This document shows positions 13,303-25,700 of a DNA stretch of 64,000 nucleotides, one piece after another. The notes under the pieces were generated by a model. That model was not told the origin of the DNA, did not search any database, and saw only the letters and a list, made by a program, of their open reading frames with translations. Made by a program: the position numbers and the translations under genes. Each line of letters starts with the position of its first letter. The stretch's first letter is position 1. The DNA is taken from assembly GCA_021432655.1 (NCBI GenBank), contig MU271400.1, positions 1 through 64,000 on the forward strand, read 5' to 3'. The DNA is from Atractiella rhizophila. Lineage: Eukaryota.

Positions 13303-15256
13303 CTATCTCCTCGACTTCAACTCCTTCAACCGCTCATCAATCATCTCCATCCCTTTCTCCCACTCCTGCAGCCCCAATGCCATCCTTTGCATGTCCACCA
13401 TCGACCGACTTTGCCCTATGACGTACCGCCCAATCAGCACCGTAAGCACAGCGTTGCGAAAGGCAAGTCGCCCGTCTATATTTGTGAGGTAGGAAGAAGG
13501 AAAGCGTACCAAATGTCCCTCAATTCGTTAGACGGAAGTCTCGACCTATCCCACACCTTCTTAACCACCAAAGGATCCAATCCTTCCTTCTCTCTCTCCC
13601 CCTTTCCTTTCACTTTCAGCTTCTGCATATTCCAAAGCCTCTCATACATCTCCCGATACCGTTTCTTCGCCCGCCGTCTCTCCATCTCTCCCATCGACGT
13701 TTGTGCACCTCCCACAATTCCACCACCGCCTCCTCTCCGGATAGGAACTATCGGAGGCGGCTCCTTCCTCCCTACTCGGGTTCCGGAAGGGAGGAAGAGA
13801 TTTGTTGAACAAAGTCTGGACGTCGGTCCCACCCGCGGTTGTTGGAGGTCGCTGTTCCGGTTCCTGGGCGTTTGGGGAGAGCGGGAGGGGTTTGGGGTTG
13901 GAGGGAGGATTGGGAGGAGTTGGAGTGGAGGGAGAGGGAGGAGAGGGAGGAGGCGGTTGCTTTTCGAGCTGGGAGAGGCGGTGGCTGGACGTTGTTGGGT
14001 GTCGTTGAGGTTCCTACACCACCGTTGTTGGTGGTGGACGTGTTGGGAGAGATTGGACGTGACGCAGTTGGCGATGTTCTTTGTGACGTTTGGGTTTGGG
14101 GTTTGGAGATAGAAGGGGATGGGGCGGAAGGGGTGGATACGGATCTGGTTGGGAGTTTCGGAGGTGGAGGACGGGGACGGAGTGTTGTGTGGGAGGAAGC
14201 GTTGGGTGTAGGCGGGACGATGACTATGGAGCTGGAGAGGGCATCAACAAGAGAACTGGAGTGGTGGGTCGGCGTGGAGGGCGATGAAGGGGAGGCGGAG
14301 GTGGTCGGTCTGGCGGGAGAAAGGGAGAGAGCGGTGGGTTTGCTGTTTGAAAGGCGCGGAGGGACGAGAGGTTTCGTCGTGGCGGCTGGTGTGGTTTTAG
14401 GAATGGGAGAAGACGTTCTGATTGGTTTCTTGTCTTCTTGCTTTTCGGTCTCTTTGACTCCTCCTTCCAGCCTCGCTCTATCACTCTCCAGCAGCTTCTG
14501 CAGACTCGCATTTACTCCTCCTGCGCTTGCATTCGAGGAGGAGGAGCGGTGTTGTGTGATCGAAGTGGGAGTAGCAGACGATAGACTCTGCTGATCTCGC
14601 TCCAGAAGCTTCTGAAGGTTCATGCCACTATTCGCCGTACCAGTGCCTGAGAGGGAAGGTGGAGATGGGAGCGGACTTGAAGAAGCTGATGGGGCTCGTT
14701 TGTGCAACCCAAATGGACTGATGGATGGTGGAGATGTAGATGCCGTGAGAGGTTGTGTCGAAGTTGGAGCATGCAGTTGAAGCTGCGCTTGATCCCTCTC
14801 CAACAGCTTCTGAAGGTTATTTCCTCCTGCCTTGGTCTCAGCACCGGAGGGGGTAGGAGAGGGTGCTGTGGTTGTCTCTGATGTGGGAATGGACGATGAG
14901 GAGGCGGAGGAGAGACGGGCCTCATCCTTCGCGAGCAGTTTCAAAAGATTGGACGACTCCGCGTTTCCTCCTACACCCGTTGACATCGCTGGCGCGGCAC
15001 CAAGAGATGTAGGAGAAGGGATATCTCTCAGTCCAGTCGAATGAGTGGAGTTCAGTAAATGCTGTGGCCGGGTTGGCGACGTCGAAGGTGACGTCGAACC
15101 TGAAGATGGCGCATGGGATGCGGTGCGATGTCGTGCGTGGAGATTTCCAGGTGGTGAGTGGGATGATGCGCTGACTGAAGCTGAAGGATGGGATTGGGAG
15201 ACGGATTGGAGACGAGAGATTCGGTCTTTGACTGATAGGTTTTCGTCGTCCTCCAT
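13303..15256 (-). CDS. Low-complexity Ser/Pro-rich protein with C-terminal EH domain (Irs4/Tax4-like)
   Basis: Long disordered ORF followed by RRRAKKRYREMY...LDPLVVKKVWDRSRLPSNELRDIW and a final exon ...MALGLQEWEKGMEMIDERL. The junction near 13770-13830 is unresolved. Confidence 0.65.
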
Positions 15257-15699
15257 TTTAGACGCGTGAAAGAATAGCTACTGCTAGAAGTCACATCGAG
15301 AGTTTTGAGTATAAGCCGTTGCGACAACAGGAGATACACCTTTGAAGCTAGAACAAAGCACAACAGTCGCAAAAGATGGTAAAATAATAGGAGCGACGGA
15401 GGATGTGCCCTACATCGAAAATCGATCAATTTTAATGCGGATTTCGATAGGCTACTCTTACTTACACCTGTTGTGTCCTGAACCTCGCTCAATTGACGTT
15501 TTATAGACCCTTTGGCCCTCGAAATTGCAACCCACTATGCCTGACAATTGGGAACGACACGTGATAGAAGTCTGGTTTCTCCGTCCACCTGTTTCTCGAA
15601 GTTCGATCACTTTCCACAGCTTCCTCCCATAAAAGCCAGATCTCCCTCCATCCCCATTACTTCTTCGATTGAGACAGTTTCCAGTGAACGAGAGGAACG

Positions 15700-18600
15700 A
15701 TGCCCCCATCATATTCTACCAACTACCGCAAATGGGACGCCCTCGAGCTCTCCGACGACTCCGACATAGAAGGCCATCCGAACGTCGACCACGCCTCCTT
15801 AGTGCGCATGCACCAGCGTAAGATCCACCAAGAGAGGGCGGAGCGTGATGCGAGGATCGAGGGGCTGAAGAAGGAGCTGGGTATGAATGAGAGCTTGTTG
15901 AAGAGGATGGATGAGGTGAGGGAGGAGGTGAAGAAGGAGGGATTGGCCGTGGCGAAGAAGAAGTATGTGGAGGGGAATGAGAAGCGTGTGGAGGGACTCA
16001 AGAAGGAGGGGTACGTTGTTCTTGTTGTAATTATTTTGGGTGGAAAGTGAATCTGGGTTTGGATGGATCATAGGTGGAAGGAAGGGGATAAGTTACCGTA
16101 TAAACAACCGACGGAGGAAGAAATGATCGTCGAGCTTCTCCGCCAGATTCTCACCGACAAACGAGTGGGAGCGATGCGGGCAGAAGGAGGGGTGAGCGAC
16201 GCGGTGGCGTCTTATACGGAAGGAGAGAGGGGCGATAAGTTCTTGGACGTGTTGGCTGAACACAAGAAGAGGTTGGAGGAGAGACAGGTGGATGCGAGGA
16301 AGGAGATTGAGAAAGAGGAGGCAGAAAAGAAGAAGAAGATCACGAGCGATGATCTTAAGATTGGGTGGGATAGTTCTGTGCGTCCTTTCGTCTTCGTAGG
16401 TTTTGATTGGAAAGAGTTGCGTTGCTGGAGTGTTGGTGGACATCACGGCAGCTCGAATCAAAGAGTATAGCTGAATACTTCCTGTGCTTAGATGGAGCGC
16501 GGAGGTCAACTACGCGTTTCTTCTTTCCGTGTTGTGCACGCGGACGTCTACACTTTAACCGCAAAGTGACTAGCGCTCATCGGTTCTTGAGAGTTGATCG
16601 GGCCAGTCATCTTCCTCTGCTCATCAGCCGTCATGTCGTTGTTTTAGCCTTCAAGTTTAGAAGGCACAAGGCACGATCTAGGACGTGAAGGGTGTTGATC
16701 ATAGGGTGTGATTGGGCTGCGGCTGATATTGTCTCCATATTCTCAATCGCTAAACTACATTGCGCGAATAATTGTATAGGAACACTTCGACAATTCTGTC
16801 AGCTTCGATTGAAGCTTGGAAGATGTCGATGGTGCTAAATGGTTTTGCTCCTGATTCCAACATGGAGTACAATTTGTGACTCTGCACTCTTTCCTCACCT
16901 GTCATTCCTCTTATTTCTTGGAAAATTCTCCGTCTCAGAACTACCATCCACTGCCCCTTCTTCGTGCTCTTACGGACGGATCTCGCAACTGGATGGCACC
17001 CGTTCTGTGATGGAAATGTCGTTTCATCCCATTGTAAATTATATACCGAGCAGGAGACTTGTCTTAACACAGTCAACTAATATCTTGTCCTGCTGTTAAG
17101 ATTGATTGTCATGAGAGCAATGGGGAGTGAGCAACGACGTATTGTTTGGCTGGAGTAAACTGCATTGTCCCTCCCTCCCTTTCCTTGATCGCTCTTGGGG
17201 CTAACGCAATACCCTCCGTGAGAGGTGAAGTGGATCTTTAGCTGTGTTGAGTGCACGTGAGTGCAAGAACATGGTTGGCTTCTGACCGTTCGCGTCAAGA
17301 TGCATATGTGCTTCTTTACCAGGGACCACAGGCACAGATCGTCAGTACTCGCAACGTCCCTCATTCTGATCAGAGGAGATTGTTCTCATCGATCGACTGA
17401 ACCTTGCACAGCGCAGCTCTGTCATCTTGATTCTGTTGCTTTTGAATGTACATTTTTATTCAGTCCCACTTTCACTCTTCGTTCAAGTTCCTCGCAATAG
17501 ACCATGTGGTTTCAATCTTGTTCTTGATCTTTCAGCTCTGATTGATTTGCGACCAACAAAATGCAGCTAGAGAGTAGAGAGTTCGAAGACCAAAATGGTC
17601 AGGGTCGAAGGCTCGAACGATCCAATTCTCCAATAATCTTAGGCTATCGCCCATTCCTTAGAGATCTTCCTCAATGCTGTCCGCTAGTGGTCCATTCTGC
17701 TGCGCTAGCTTTGATCAATGCCATCAGGAGACATTCCTGGGCAGGTTGCCAAGTTCCAAAAACACCTATAACAATTTTGCGGTCAACGGGGTTTGAATTG
17801 ACATGTCCCCGTGAAACAGCATGTCAACAAAGGTGGATCTAAACAAGTTGTCGAGCTACCGAAGGCTCCATCAGAGCCAAAGGACACGAAGAAGACGAAA
17901 ACGAAAACACCGGTGATTGAAGTTTTGAATCCAAGTACCTCTACCGTGGGTATCTTCCAATCGAACATGGAGAGGAGTTAAGGATTGCATTAGACCCCAG
18001 CGGTGGAAGCTCCAGCTTCGGACGATGAAGAGGAAGGAGACCTGCCCGCCCTCACACCGTCCGCACGCGCTTTTGCTAAACTTCCTCGCGCGCCAGCCGA
18101 CTATTCCGTCTTCCGCGAAGCGATTTCGAGGGATCCCTCGCTCTTACTCGAAAGCACGTCAGATTCTTTGCTGGCTGAAGCGTTTGAGGCGGGGATGGCG
18201 GCTAATGGGGAATACGGAAAGAAGAGCAAGAAGAATAAGAAGGAGAAGGAAGAGTACTGCAAGCAATGCGTTCATCGAGCTTTGCTCGCTCAGTATACTC
18301 GCCAATTGGGTAAAGACGGAGTGGCGTTGTTCTTCAGGCGGTTAGCCATTTTTCAGCTCATCAGTTATGACATGCCTGATTCGAGTGCAGAATGGTGCCC
18401 GGATCGCCTGGGCTGAAAGTCTTCCTTGACGATGTTGAGGCGACCTCGACACGAATACTGAATAGGTCTAAAGAGCTTCTTGCGGAACGAGAAGCTCGTG
18501 GAGAAAGTGGAGGTCAGGAGGTCGAGACCATCCAACTCGTGTCACAAGATCCGACGCAGAAGATCACGTTCTCATGTCCTGACGGACCTCCCCCTGAAGA

Positions 18601-18901
18601 TCTCCGGCTCGAAGGTGAAGGGACTGAGGATCTGGACATAGAAGAAGTTCGCGCATACCTCCAGAACCAATGGAATGTCTGGCAAAGCTTTTCTGACGAT
18701 CTCAAAGTGGCCCTCAAGTCTGGCGATCTGGATTCGGTGAATAAGGTGTTGGGAAAGATGTCGGTGGAGGAAGGAGAGAGGGTTGTCCAAGGACTTGATG
18801 AAGGGGGCATTCTCAAATTCGCGAGCAATGAGATCCTTGATAGGACGGGGAAGGATGCGAGTGGGCAGACGCAGGTGGACCTAGACGAGATAAAGGCATG
18901 A
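15700..18901 (+). CDS. CDC37: Hsp90 kinase co-chaperone Cdc37
   Basis: YRKWDALELSDDSDIEGHPNVDHASLVR N-terminus, KKKITSDD...SS/HVNK, QCVHRALLAQY, W.SFSDDLKVALKSGDLDSVNKVLGKMSVEEGE. Intron of about 1.44 kb at 16378-17819. Confidence 0.95.
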
Positions 18902-19455
18902 AGGGATACTTGTAACTGTAAGTGCATTCGTTTCCCCTTACTTTAATTGTCTAGATGGACATTAACTATTATGCAGGACAAAATTAAATAAACAATGTAG
19001 TCAAACCCTATGTATTTGAAAGTTCGAGAGCAAACGCGCCACACAAACGCATTCCTCTCCAAATCGTTCCAAAGACTTCGGATCTGACTTGATCTGACAG
19101 TTGTATTCTTCTTTTACCAACATTTTGGCGGCCGTCGATTGTGGACATGTGAGAGAGCGACGCCGCAGTTCTCGGCCATATTCTTGTGGGATGGTATGTC
19201 CGATCTTGCGTTATCGCGAGGGCTATCCGGTTGCTATCAAGCTAGAGAGTCAGCACGCGAAATGACAGAAAACGGGTGAAGATATTGTGTGGAATTGTCC
19301 CGCTAACGCTTGAGGCAGAATGCGTTGAGGCTAGGCAGCCTGCGTGAGAGTATAAAGGGGAAGTCGCGTCCAGTGGGGAAATTTTCGCTCTGGATTCCCC
19401 AGGTTGTGTCATGATACCCTTCGAGTAAAGTGAAGAGGAAGCAGGTCTTTTCGAA

Positions 19456-21444
19456 ATGGGCGACGCGGCGATCTTTGAGACCTACCTCCAGCTGCTTGAT
19501 TCTATTCGAACCAGCCTCTTGTTTCCTCTCTTGCCTGGTAAATCTTTCTTAACTCAAATTATTAGCATGAGCTGACTTCCTCAAAAGAATGGGCCATAAT
19601 CGAAGCTAAAGTTACAATTGGCGTCTTGGGATTCAGTATCGTCGTCTGGATTCTTGAGTTGTACATACGTTGGAAGAAAGGAACTTTGTGGCTGTACCGA
19701 TGGGAAGGAGGTACGTCTTGCGCTCACTCTACTTTGCTGCCACGATACATTTTCCCATAGATGGTTACTTCCGGCCAAACGTTCATCTGTTTATACCCAT
19801 TCAGATCGTCATTTTCTCCGCTCTTTACATTGTCTACCTCGTCGGAACCATCGAAAGAAATGTATGTCATATTCCTTTCCTCCGTTTTCTGCCCTGCTTA
19901 TTATGTTGTGCTGCCCCACGTTGTATGAAGGTACCAAACGCGGAGCGAGACTGGCGTCCTTACTTCGCGCTTTTCCAAGGCGTCTTCACCGTTCCCCTAT
20001 TCTTAATTGCCGCGCTTTGGACCTGGAACTCTATCCTCTCCTCCTCGTACGCTCGAAAGACGATGCCTATCCAGCAACGTGACGGACACTACAATCAAAA
20101 TCATGATGGGGAGAATGTGACCTTCTGGAGACGGCTCAATCTCAAGCCAAAAATCGTGCACTTCTTCGTCGGCCTGGTCATCGTCACGATGTTGTCGTGC
20201 ATCACCATCTTTGCTATCCTTTCTGCGATCCATCGTGAGAGGGCGATAGTGGATTTTCAGACTCTAAACAATATCCTCCGAGCAGCCATAGCAGGGGAGA
20301 GCGTCGATCTGGCCGTCGTCGGAAGGGTTCAAGCACACTTGCAGAAGGAGGCAGGAGCGTCGTTATTAAATTACAAGAGGTTGACTGCCACCCAGACCGC
20401 CACATTGTTGCTTTTCACCATCCCCTACATCTACTCTGTCCTCCGCCTTTTCCTCGTCCTCTTCTCACAAAAGAGTCACTTCAAACGCGCCATCGAACGC
20501 CTATATGCTTTAGAAGCTTACGATCTTCAGGAGTCTCTTCCCCATCCTACCATCGTACCTCTCCATCCATCTCAAATGGCCCCTAACGACGGATCCACAA
20601 CGTCCGAAGCCTCCTCTGACTTCGCTGGTCTAGCAAGGCCCGCGACGAAGTTGGTACTCGCGCACAAGATGAGGAAGGAGGCTAGAGATGTAAAGTTTGA
20701 CAAGATCACGAATGCACAGTTGGCACGACAGCAGAAGGAGACGGTGGAGAGGATGCAGAGTTGGAGGAGAAGTTACAGGTTGTTGCTCTACATTCATTGT
20801 CTTTCTATCCTCGTCTATACTGGCTTCAAGTGAGATATCCCTCGCTTTCTATTTATGTCTTAAACTTGACTGATGTGGCTCCTTTCATAGCCTTTTGAAC
20901 AGTGAGCAATGGTCATGGGCTGCGTTCATTTCCTTAATTGACGAAGATTTATAGTCGCCAACGCAATCGCTGTTTCGGGAGGAAGCACCTTGAATCAGAA
21001 GCTGTCTACTTTCGTTTCCACGCATCTTCCCGTGTGAGTTGCTCCTCTTCATCCCAGCATGTGTGTCTTATCTTGTGGCCCAGCTATTGCTTCGCCGCAC
21101 CGGAACTCGTGGGGTGCCTCTACCTTCTCTACGACGCTATACGGCTCCCTCCCTCCTCCCCGTCGTCAATCTCACATCCTTCCCGCTCGCTCTCAAATGC
21201 CAATGCTCGCATGGAGGGTTTACCAGCGTCGGGTGGCACAATCGAGCTTGGACGAACACGAATGGGGAGGGCGGATCACGGTGATGATGTTGAAGGGTCA
21301 GGAGGGGATCGCGATGGTGCGATAAGGATCAGTTGGGCCCAGTCCGAGAGGACGGATGAAGCGTTTACTGTCGAAGGCAATGGTGATGGTAGATTCGGGT
21401 GGAGTGAGAAGCAACGGCCGTCGAATTGGGTGCAGGAGGGTTGA
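19456..21444 (+). CDS. Uncharacterised multi-pass (about 7 TM) membrane protein, tandem paralog 1
   Basis: Spliced: MGDAAIFETYLQLLDSIRTSLLFPLLP/EWAIIEAKV...GTLWLYRWEGG/YFRPN...WTWNS...IPYIY...; C-terminus WSEKQRPSNW. Confidence 0.75.
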
Positions 21445-22161
21445 TGATGCCTCTATCATTCTGAATGATGCACTGAGGATGTGATTGTGATTTGGGACAC
21501 ACAGTGACAGGAAAGGTGCTGGATTTCTAGCAGTTCCAGCAGAGTGGGAAGGATCGGACGACAGTGCGAAGTTGAAGCGTGCTTCTTTACAAACGGTTTC
21601 CGAACCTTGCTCCATTTTGGATTTGCACGAACCTTGTTAGTTTGAATGTTGCATCAACACCGCGAAGTACGATAAACTTTCGAATGGTTACGGTCGGTGA
21701 CCTTATTGTTTCCCCATCAAACACTTGAAGCTGCCAACTGCGAGGAGGGGCAAGTTGGAAGGATTGAGATAATGAACGTTACCTTGGCCTGCCTTCTCGA
21801 TGTTATGATTACATTCCGTGTGAACGTCCAACACAGACTGGCGTGGACTCAAGACATCCAGGAGGGGCGAGAAGCCACGCGCAGCGAGGTGGAAGGGGGA
21901 TGCGATGGAACTATGTATTACAAGTCGGAAGTTGGCATTGAACGAGATTGAACAGAACGCGTGAGAGCGCCGATCCATTGCAGCATGAAATTCGCGCTTC
22001 AGGATGGTCAGTCCATCCTCCGACCGACAAAACTGGCACCTGTCCACAAGGAGTGGCTCCTCCATTTCTCCTTTACACTTTCGATTTCGTGCTCTGTCGT
22101 GCTCATGAGGCCCCGCTGAGGCGTTCAGTCAAGGATCCCAGCGCGAGTCCCGAGTCTCAGG

Positions 22162-24434
22162 ATGAGCAACAGTGCCGTCTTTACGCCTTTCCTCGAACAG
22201 CTGCAGGCAGTCAGGAATACGCTGCTCTTTACTCCCCTCCCTCGTATGTTTCCTATTATATCTTTATCCTGCTCGATCTCCATTTCGAATGCTTATCGTG
22301 ACAATTTACAGGCTGGGGCATCATCGAGGCCAAGGTCACGATCGCTCTGTTGTGTGTCAGCATCGTCACTTGGGCTTTGGAATTGTACATACGCAGGAGG
22401 AAGGGAACATGGGTGTATCGATGGGAAGGTGGTACGTCTCAGGCTTGCTCTGCCCCTCCTCGTAACTGTTCTAAGAAATAACTGAATAAGGCGGCTACTT
22501 CCGTCCCAACGTCCAAATATTCATTCCAGTTTCCTTCCTCCTCTTCGACAGCTTCTATATTGTCCAAATGATCGCTGTGATCAAACGCAACGTGAGCGTC
22601 TCCCAGACACAGATTCATATCGATTAACGTTTGTGGCTGAAAATGAGCAGGATGATCCGAACAAGGACTGGATACCCTGGTTCACATTGTTCTACACCGC
22701 ACAGACCGTTCCTCTCATCCTCGCCTCCGCTGCCTGGACCTGGAACTCCCTTCTCGCCTCCAAAGCGATGTCTGAAGACCAAGAGGTGGACCCGTCGAAA
22801 GAGCGTGACGATCGACAGGTCCCATTGTTATCGTCCAAGCCTAAACTCGTCCTCTTATCAGTCATAGCCGTCACCCTTACGGCTATCATCTTGATCTTCA
22901 CATTGGGCTGCCTCTGCGCTGCTCATCGCGAAAACGCAATCCGAGACTTTCAAGCCTTATACGAAATCTTGCTCCAGGCCATTGCTGGTGAAGAGATCGA
23001 CGTTGGATATGCGTTAAGGCTGCAGCAACAGTTAGAGAAGGAGGGCGCCAAGTTGTTAGTCTATTCCAGACGACTGTTGGGGACGATATCCTGCACAATC
23101 TTCTTGATCACTATTCCGTACATTTATGGGCTCATACGTCTCTTCATCTTACTCTCCAACCAACGCTCGCATCTCACCAACGCCATCAAGAGACAAAAAG
23201 AGCTCGCTGCACTCGAATCTCAGGAAGCTACCCCTGCCGCCAGACCCGACGCACGCGATACGCCCTCACGCCAACATCGACCTATCCCTTCGTCTTCGAG
23301 CCATCCAAACGATCCTGCAGCATCGGACGCCTCATCTGAGTTCTCACATATCAGCAGACCATCCAACGCAAAACCATTCGATAAAAACCAGCCAGCTCTC
23401 GAACTGAGCAGCGGTGGGATAGGTGGGACGCTGGTGAGGGATCAGAAGGATCTGGTGGTGAGGATGACGGAGTGGAGGAGGAATTGTGGAGTGGTCATGC
23501 TCGTTCACGGCCTCGCTTCTTTCTCTTATGTTGGTGCAAAGTGCGTCACTTTCCTCTTTCCTTATTCTCTAGCTAGACTGAGTGCAAGCTGATGATGATG
23601 GATCTTCTAGTGTGCTCAATTGTGAGTGGCGGATCTTCCATGATTGGAAATAACGCTGGTGTCTAGTCTTCGGTTTGGCTGCAGCGGTGAACGATGGCAA
23701 CGACAGTCTTCGCCGAAGCGCGAGTTTCGTATTGGCACACGTCCCAATGTGAGTCTTGCTTAGCTCCTGAACGAATTATTCAATTGTACGAACGCATCAC
23801 GTACAGATGGACGATCATCGTCCCCCAATTCTTCGGCTCCATCGCCCTCCTGTACGATGCCCAATCTTCCATGATTGGAAATAACGCTGGTGTCTAGTCT
23901 TCGGTTTGGCTGCAGCGGTGAACGATGGCAACGACAGTCTTCGCCGAAGCGCGAGTTTCGTCTTGGCACACGTCCCAATGTGAGTCTTGCTTAGCTCCTG
24001 AACGAATTATTCAATTGTACGAACGCATCACGTACAGATGGACGATCATCGTCCCCCAATTCTTCGGCTCCATCGCCCTCCTGTACGATGCCCACCGTCT
24101 CCCTGCCAGTCCCTCACCCTCCCATCCCACCTCAAATTCTCAAAACATTCATGGTCAACGACGAAAGCTGACAGACATCGAACTCCAACAGCATGATCAG
24201 AACAGACAACGGTCAGTCTTTGAGGGCTCAGAACCCATACGGATCAGCGTCGCTATGTCGGCGTCGGCGTCCGAAAATAACGATGATGCTTCGACAGTCC
24301 ATTTGTCGGATGATAAACCAGTCGTCGTGGATTTGGCTGCGTCGACGAGGGATGGGGAGGAGCCGAGGAGGGAGACGAGGACGATGATGTGGAATGAGAA
24401 GCAGAGACCTTCCCAGTGGACCAAGTCGCGTTGA
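22162..24434 (+). CDS. Uncharacterised multi-pass membrane protein, tandem paralog 2 (contains a 231-bp duplication)
   Basis: MSNSAVFTPFLEQLQAVRNTLLFTPLP/WGIIEAKV...GTWVYRWEG/GYFRPN...WTWNS...IPYIY; C-terminus WNEKQRPSQW. Confidence 0.75.
23633..24094 (+). repeat. Tandem direct duplication, 2 x 231 bp, one visible mismatch
   Basis: 23633-23863 matches 23864-24094 (atcttccatgattgg...cgatgccca); gtATTGG versus gtCTTGG. Confidence 0.95.
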
Positions 24435-25700
24435 CGGCGTTAAGCGTGTTCGTTCAGGTTGCATTGGACGTATTGGTTCGGTGTGGTTTGCACAGTTTTG
24501 AGTTCATCGTGTTCATGAGACTGTTTGAGAAAGTTGTGTGAGCCGTTCAGTTCGAGTTGTTCGCTTGGGAACTGATCCTGGCGTGTAGAATAGTACTTTA
24601 CCGTTTAAACGTTTATAATACAAAGCTTTCTATTTCTATGCATCAACCTCATGACACTGACGCCTTTCACGCGACGGCAATGCGGTGATCGTGATGCCTG
24701 TCGGGATGAGGGCAAGTGTGTATCTTGCTTGTCTCTCGCATCGTGTTACTTTTGCCTTGGCTTCAGGGTTGGCTAGTTGACTAGTTGGCGACTCTCAGAA
24801 ATGAACGATTCTATGACGGTCGACGGTCACGGTCGCAATGGAGGTCGCAATGCATGCACCAAGAACGTCCCCACCAAGTCGCTCAGATGTCCCGGTTCTG
24901 CTCCCTTTCCTTCACAGCACTGCTGTATTTGCAATCGTTCTTGTTCCAATCAAGTTTGACCCACCAGCAATCAGAACAAGCTCAAGTTCAAGTCGCTTCA
25001 ACTACTTCGCGGGTCGTTAGGCCGGCTTCACGATGCCGCTACAGAATGTAATACGCTAAACCGAGGAAATTAGGATACCTGGATCAAACCGCATTCAACT
25101 ACATTCAACTGCATTCAATTGGGGACGCATGGACAACAAGAACGCCACATCCCCTCCAAGTCGACCTTAATCGACCCTGATCAAGCCTTGATCGAATCTA
25201 TTGAAAATGAACTGTATTGAGGGCCGTGGAGAAAATGGAACGTGCTATTGAACTGCTTGAAAACACTTGAAATCAAAAGAAGACTCGAACATCGAACATC
25301 GGAAGAAGCGCCGTATTTTCCAGTCATTGGAGATCATTGGCGGGGTTCTGGGCGGGGTCGTAAACCGTCCAGTGGTCATTGTTGAACTGATTGAACGAGA
25401 CTTAAGGTGGAAACAGAAGGATCAGCAATTTCGGACGCCTTGGTGTCACCGGTTGTTGCCCCTGCCCATCAGTCCATCACACCACCTCCCTTTATATTCG
25501 GCTCACACTCTCGATGCCAATCCTTCCCTCACGCTCTTTATGACAGGCTGCAACAGCACTCGAATATAATTTCGTCGAGGGGACAAGCAGCAAGTAGGGA
25601 GTGACTGTAATTTTCCAAGAGGGGATAAGTACCAAGTAGGGAGTGTAATAATTCTGCCACCAGGGCAAGCACAAGTAGAGAGCAGAGTATCACGTCTGAG

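Noticed and set aside
13387..14594. Long plus-strand ORFs (241 and 251 aa)
   Set aside because: Antisense shadows of the Ser/Pro-rich minus-strand gene.
16378..17819. CDC37 intron as telomerase RNA or a transposon
   Set aside because: No CCCTAA-type template stretch, terminal inverted repeats or transposase ORF seen.
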